64,000 nucleotides of DNA from Macrostomum lignano (taxonomy: Eukaryota): NCBI GenBank assembly GCA_002269645.1, contig NIVC01000527.1:62001-126000 (forward strand). Direction: 5' to 3'. Numbering within the stretch: position 1 is the first letter of the stretch; each line of letters begins with the position of its first letter. The notes under the pieces were generated by a model. It had not been told where the DNA came from. It was given only the letters and a program-made list of their open reading frames with translations, and did no database searches. Both the position numbers and the translations under genes were made by a program. Shown one piece after another: positions 53,116 through 64,000 of the stretch.

Positions 53116-53829
53116 TGTGGGTGGTGGTGGCAGTGCACTTAAGGAGCCAACTACTTTATAAAGCAACAAACAACTAGACAATTAAGACAACTCTGGTATA
53201 TAAAACAAAGATTTAATATTCCCGTTTAGAACGGCTGGCCGGTCAACCAGAAAAAGTGACACAAGAGCAGGCAGAACAACAAAGAAAAAATGGCAAATCA
53301 GCATAGATAAGCACACAGTCGCAGCAATGCTGTAAGAGCAAAAACGAAGGGAAAAACACAGTTTTAAGAGTGCAGATTCCAGGCAATAAAAGTAATTAAC
53401 CTGATCGACAGCGAACCCAGGGCAGGTAAAATTTCACAGACCTTGGAGCAGCGCAATCCATAGATAGATAAGAGTAATTATTTGATATCCAAAAGTACAC
53501 GAACGGTAGTGATGATTTTAGATTTGAATTGACAGATTTCAATAAACATAAACTGTCATCGGATAAATGCAAGCCAGCAGCACAATTAGGTCTGACAAAA
53601 CTAATCTAATATTAATTTATTGTTAAATTTGCCAATGCACTTCGCTGGGCAAAAATTCAATAAATATTTGAACGGTAAAATTAACTCACTTGGCAAGCAC
53701 GAGCTACGGAGTTTGATTATTGAATCATTTGTTTATTGATAATAACACAATAACTGAAGAGTCGGGATACTGCAGTTGATTAGAAATGGAAATTTAATTT
53801 AACTTGCCCCGTTGGAAAAGTTATGCACC

Positions 53830-54219
53830 TGCAGAGGCATAAAAGGTGAGCGAGGTGCACAAAAGAGGCACCTTAGTGACCTATGGAAATGCTTGGAAAT
53901 GCAACTGAGTGCACCTTTTATGCCTAAATGTCACCAATATTTTTGAAAAGAGGCATGAAAGGTGTGAAATCGGTGAAGTGGTCAGGCAGTAGGTGAATTC
54001 TCAATTTTGATTGGTTGCGGCGGTAGGGGCAGTAAAGGTGCGTAAGGGGCACTGGAGGTGCGCAAAAGGTGAACAGCAGGCTCACAAGTGAGGCACAGCA
54101 GGTGCATAAGGTGTACATGTGCGCTAAGGTATGTATACAGGTGCATTTCCAAAACACGCTCGAAATATACCCTTAAAGTGCCTATTTTGTGCACCTCGCT
54201 CACCTTCCATGCCTATGCA
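53830..54219. mobile_element. MITE-like inverted-repeat element
   Basis: AGGCATAAAAGGTGAGCGAGGTGCACAAAAGAGGCAC is matched by the reverse complement of 54178-54215; no clear TSD. Confidence 0.5.
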
Positions 54220-54632
54220 CGAATATTAACGCATTAATAATTTGTAACAAAAAATTAACTGAGAGTTACATACTCGTACATTACACGCACCGATATAACA
54301 TAGAAAAGCTTTATTTACATTTACACCTATACTAATCGCTGCTATCCCCTTCCAACTCCTGACAAACCACGAAAGTAAACATCTCCTATACTGATAAGTT
54401 TTAATGACTTTCAAATACTCAGGAAAAGTTTTGAATCTGTTCAAAGAATAGTGAGGAACGCCCCTTGCATTGCCTCTACGCCTAAAGTGCCCACTGTGCA
54501 CCTTTTTTTCACCTTTCACTCCACCAATACACCAATTCCTACTTTGTTCACCTTTTGTGCCTCCAATGCACTGTGCACCTTTAACCATGAGCAGACGGAT
54601 GGCCCGAATTCGGGTCATGGCTCAACACCCAA

Positions 54633-55385
54633 AGGCTCATTAATTGGGTCATTGATTAGTCCCAGTTCGGTCATTGGGCTCATGATTCGGTCATTGATTA
54701 GTCCTAGTTCGGTCATTGGGCTCATTAATTGGGTCATTGATTAGTCCCAGTTCGGTCATTGGGCTCATTAATTGGGTCATTGATTAGTCCCAGTTCGGTC
54801 ATTGGGCTCATTAATTGGGTCATTGATTAGTCCCAGTTCGGTCATTGGGCTCATTAATTGGGTCATTGATTAGTCCCAGTCTGGTCATTGGGCTCATTAA
54901 TTGGGTCATTGATTAGTCCCAGTTCGGTCATTGGGCTCATTAATTGGGTCATTGATTAGTCCCAGTTCGGTCATTGGGCTCATTAATTGGGTCATTGATT
55001 AGTCCCAGTTCGGTCATTGGGCTCATTAATTGGGTCATTGATTAGTCCCAGTTCGGTCATTGGGCTCATTAATTGGGTCATTGATTAGTCCCAGTTCGGT
55101 CATTGGGCTCATTAATTGGGTCATTGATTAGTCCCAGTTCGGTCATTGGGCTCATTAATTGGGTCATTGATTAGTCCCAGTTCGGTCATTGGGCTCATTA
55201 ATTGGGTCATTGATTAGTCCCAGTTCGGTCATTGGGCTCATTAATTGGGTCATTGATTAGTCCCAGTTCGGTCATTGGGCTCATGATTCGGTCATTGATT
55301 AGTCCCAGTTCGGTCATTGGGCTCATTAATTGGGTCATTGATTAGTCCCAGTCCGGTCATTGGGCTCATTGATTAGTCCCAAGTC
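54633..55385. repeat. 43-bp minisatellite
   Basis: CATTGATTAGTCCCAGTTCGGTCATTGGGCTCATTAATTGGGT tandem. Confidence 0.96.
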
Positions 55386-55573
55386 GGTAACCGGCTGAGT
55401 GATTGGCCCAATATTTAAAATTAATTTTCTTAGTATTAAACAAAACATTGCTGTAAAACGCAAGCCGCTACTATAAGTAGCCAGCAGCGAATGCCAATGC
55501 AGTTTAAATAGTTAACAAATCACCAATTTGAGATTGCACCAAACGCAAGGCCTGCTCGGCAGAGTCCGCGTTC

Positions 55574-62151
<6,578 letters not shown>

Positions 62152-62239
62152 CTGCGGTTGCGAGTTGACAATTTCTCTGATTGCTACTTACAGTAGGAAT
62201 GCTTGCGTGTCGTGTATGGCACTGCTAATGATACTAGAG

Positions 62240-62712
62240 TGGATTACTAATCTAGCCAATATCATGGATGAATGCATAGAACGGATTGCTAATCTAGCCA
62301 ATATCATGGATGAATGAATAGAATGGATTGCTAATCTAGCCAATATCATGGATGAAGGAATATGATGATTGCTAATCTAGCCAATATCATGGATGAAGGA
62401 ATATGATGACAGCTAATCTAGCCAATATCATGGATGAAGGAATATGATGACAGCTAATCTAGCCAATATCATGGATGAAGGAATATGATGATTGCTAATC
62501 TAGCCAATATCATGGATGAAGGAATAGAATGGATTGCTAATCTAGCCAATATCATAGATGAATGAATAGAATGGATTGCTAATCTAGCCAATATCATGGA
62601 TGAAGGAATATGATGATTGCTAATCTAGCCAATATCATGGATGAAGGAATAGAATGGATTGCTAATCTAGCCAACATTATGGATGAATGAATACAATGAT
62701 TGCTAATCTAGC
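62240..62712. repeat. ~41-bp minisatellite
   Basis: TTGCTAATCTAGCCAATATCATGGATGAAGGAATATGATGA tandem. Confidence 0.94.
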
Positions 62713-64000
62713 ATCATAGCCCTAGAAAACAACCAAGTGTTTTCATACAGCATTCACAGCTTGTTTCTTACCAGAAGAAATTATTAATTGTGAAGTCTTC
62801 ATGAAACTGCTTATTCTTGTTCTTTTCGACCTCCCAGTCAGAGTAGGTGCTGTTTTGTCTCATTGGTTTGCTAGATTTAGCAGCTATGCCATTGCCATTA
62901 CTGACATGTTCATCCAAACTAATTGCAGAGTTATTGCCATTCATCTTGTCATAAAGTATTAAGTATTGAATTTAAATTTTAATAGCAATAGCAATAATCC
63001 CTGATAAAAGTTTTTTAACTTAACACAATTACATCTAGCATAAATATGTAAATCTATGCTATTAATATAGAAAATCCTAAGAAATTATAACTAGATATCT
63101 TAGCAATACAAATTAAATGTCACTATATAACCATATATAGAATGTTATAGCCTTGTGGTATTTAATATTCAACAGCAAATATTATAGGTCTATATATAAC
63201 TTTTGGTCTTATTGGCATTACAATAAGTGCTAGAACAATAAATTTATTATAAACTCATAAATTATTAATACAAAGTTATCAATCTATAAATACAAAATTC
63301 TTAATATTAGTCAATTAATTTTAATAAAAATTTTATACCTAATAATCTTTTTTATTAGACTTGTGTCTAATACTAGTATAGCTATTCAGTCCAAGAACTA
63401 GGTTGCTATACACCTTCAGTTTCTAGCTAATGTTGGTACCCATTTTATAATAACTAGGTAAACTAAAGCAATACAAGTTAAACGCTAATATAGTATAGCA
63501 TATTCAATATATCAAATTTCTTCTATTGCAGAAGGGTTTATTTTAAATTTGTTAATAGACCTAAAATGTAAGAATATAGATGAAATAAAATTTTTCAATA
63601 GTCAAAACAAGCTAAGCAAGTTTGTCAATAGGCAGTGACTATTTGTCCAGTATTGGATGAATAACGTAACTATTATTTGTCCAGTACCAGATAAATAACA
63701 GTAAAGTTATTTGTCCGGCACAGTATAGATGTAGATATACAATAAAAACTTGTAAAATATAGGGAATACTAAAAAAGTAGCAGTTTACTTTTAGGCTAGA
63801 AAGCAGAAAAAATTTGTTATGATTAAATAGTGCTGTTTCTCAGAAATTCTAGAAGTTTTGGCAAAAAATACTTGGGCATAGGCCTAGTCTATATGTCATT
63901 GCCCAATCTAGCAGTTTTGTATAAGTTTTACCTTTATTATATTTCATTTTATACATATTGGTATGTTTTAATTTCATAGTAAATAGTAGTCATAGTATAG

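Overview
Eukaryotic, intron-rich, repeat-dense animal DNA. The style suggests a free-living flatworm such as Macrostomum; that is an inference I cannot confirm. Five spliced genes were reconstructed by hand with phase-consistent GT-AG boundaries: a TTLL6/13-type tubulin polyglutamylase (-, runs off the left edge), a TPRG1L/Mover-like gene (+), a RIM/unc-10 active-zone scaffold (+), an IR25a-like ionotropic receptor (-), and phosphatidylserine synthase 2 (-, 5' end not found). There is also an orphan 2-TM ORF. Mobile DNA includes an internally deleted P-superfamily THAP transposon with intact TIRs and an 8-bp TSD, a tRNA-derived CORE-like SINE (2 copies), an RTE-like LINE fragment and MITE-like elements. 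Most long ORFs in the track are micro/minisatellite translations. The most notable signal is four minimal type I hammerhead ribozyme motifs sharing CCCTGACGAA...CGAAATATCGG. They occur as two tandem dimers, each embedded in a microsatellite ((TATC)n in a TTLL intron, (CT)n in a PTDSS2 intron). The 176-nt unit also predicts a hairpin that loops out the (CU)n tract and sequesters the catalytic core. Together this resembles a microsatellite-associated retrozyme / Penelope-derived family.
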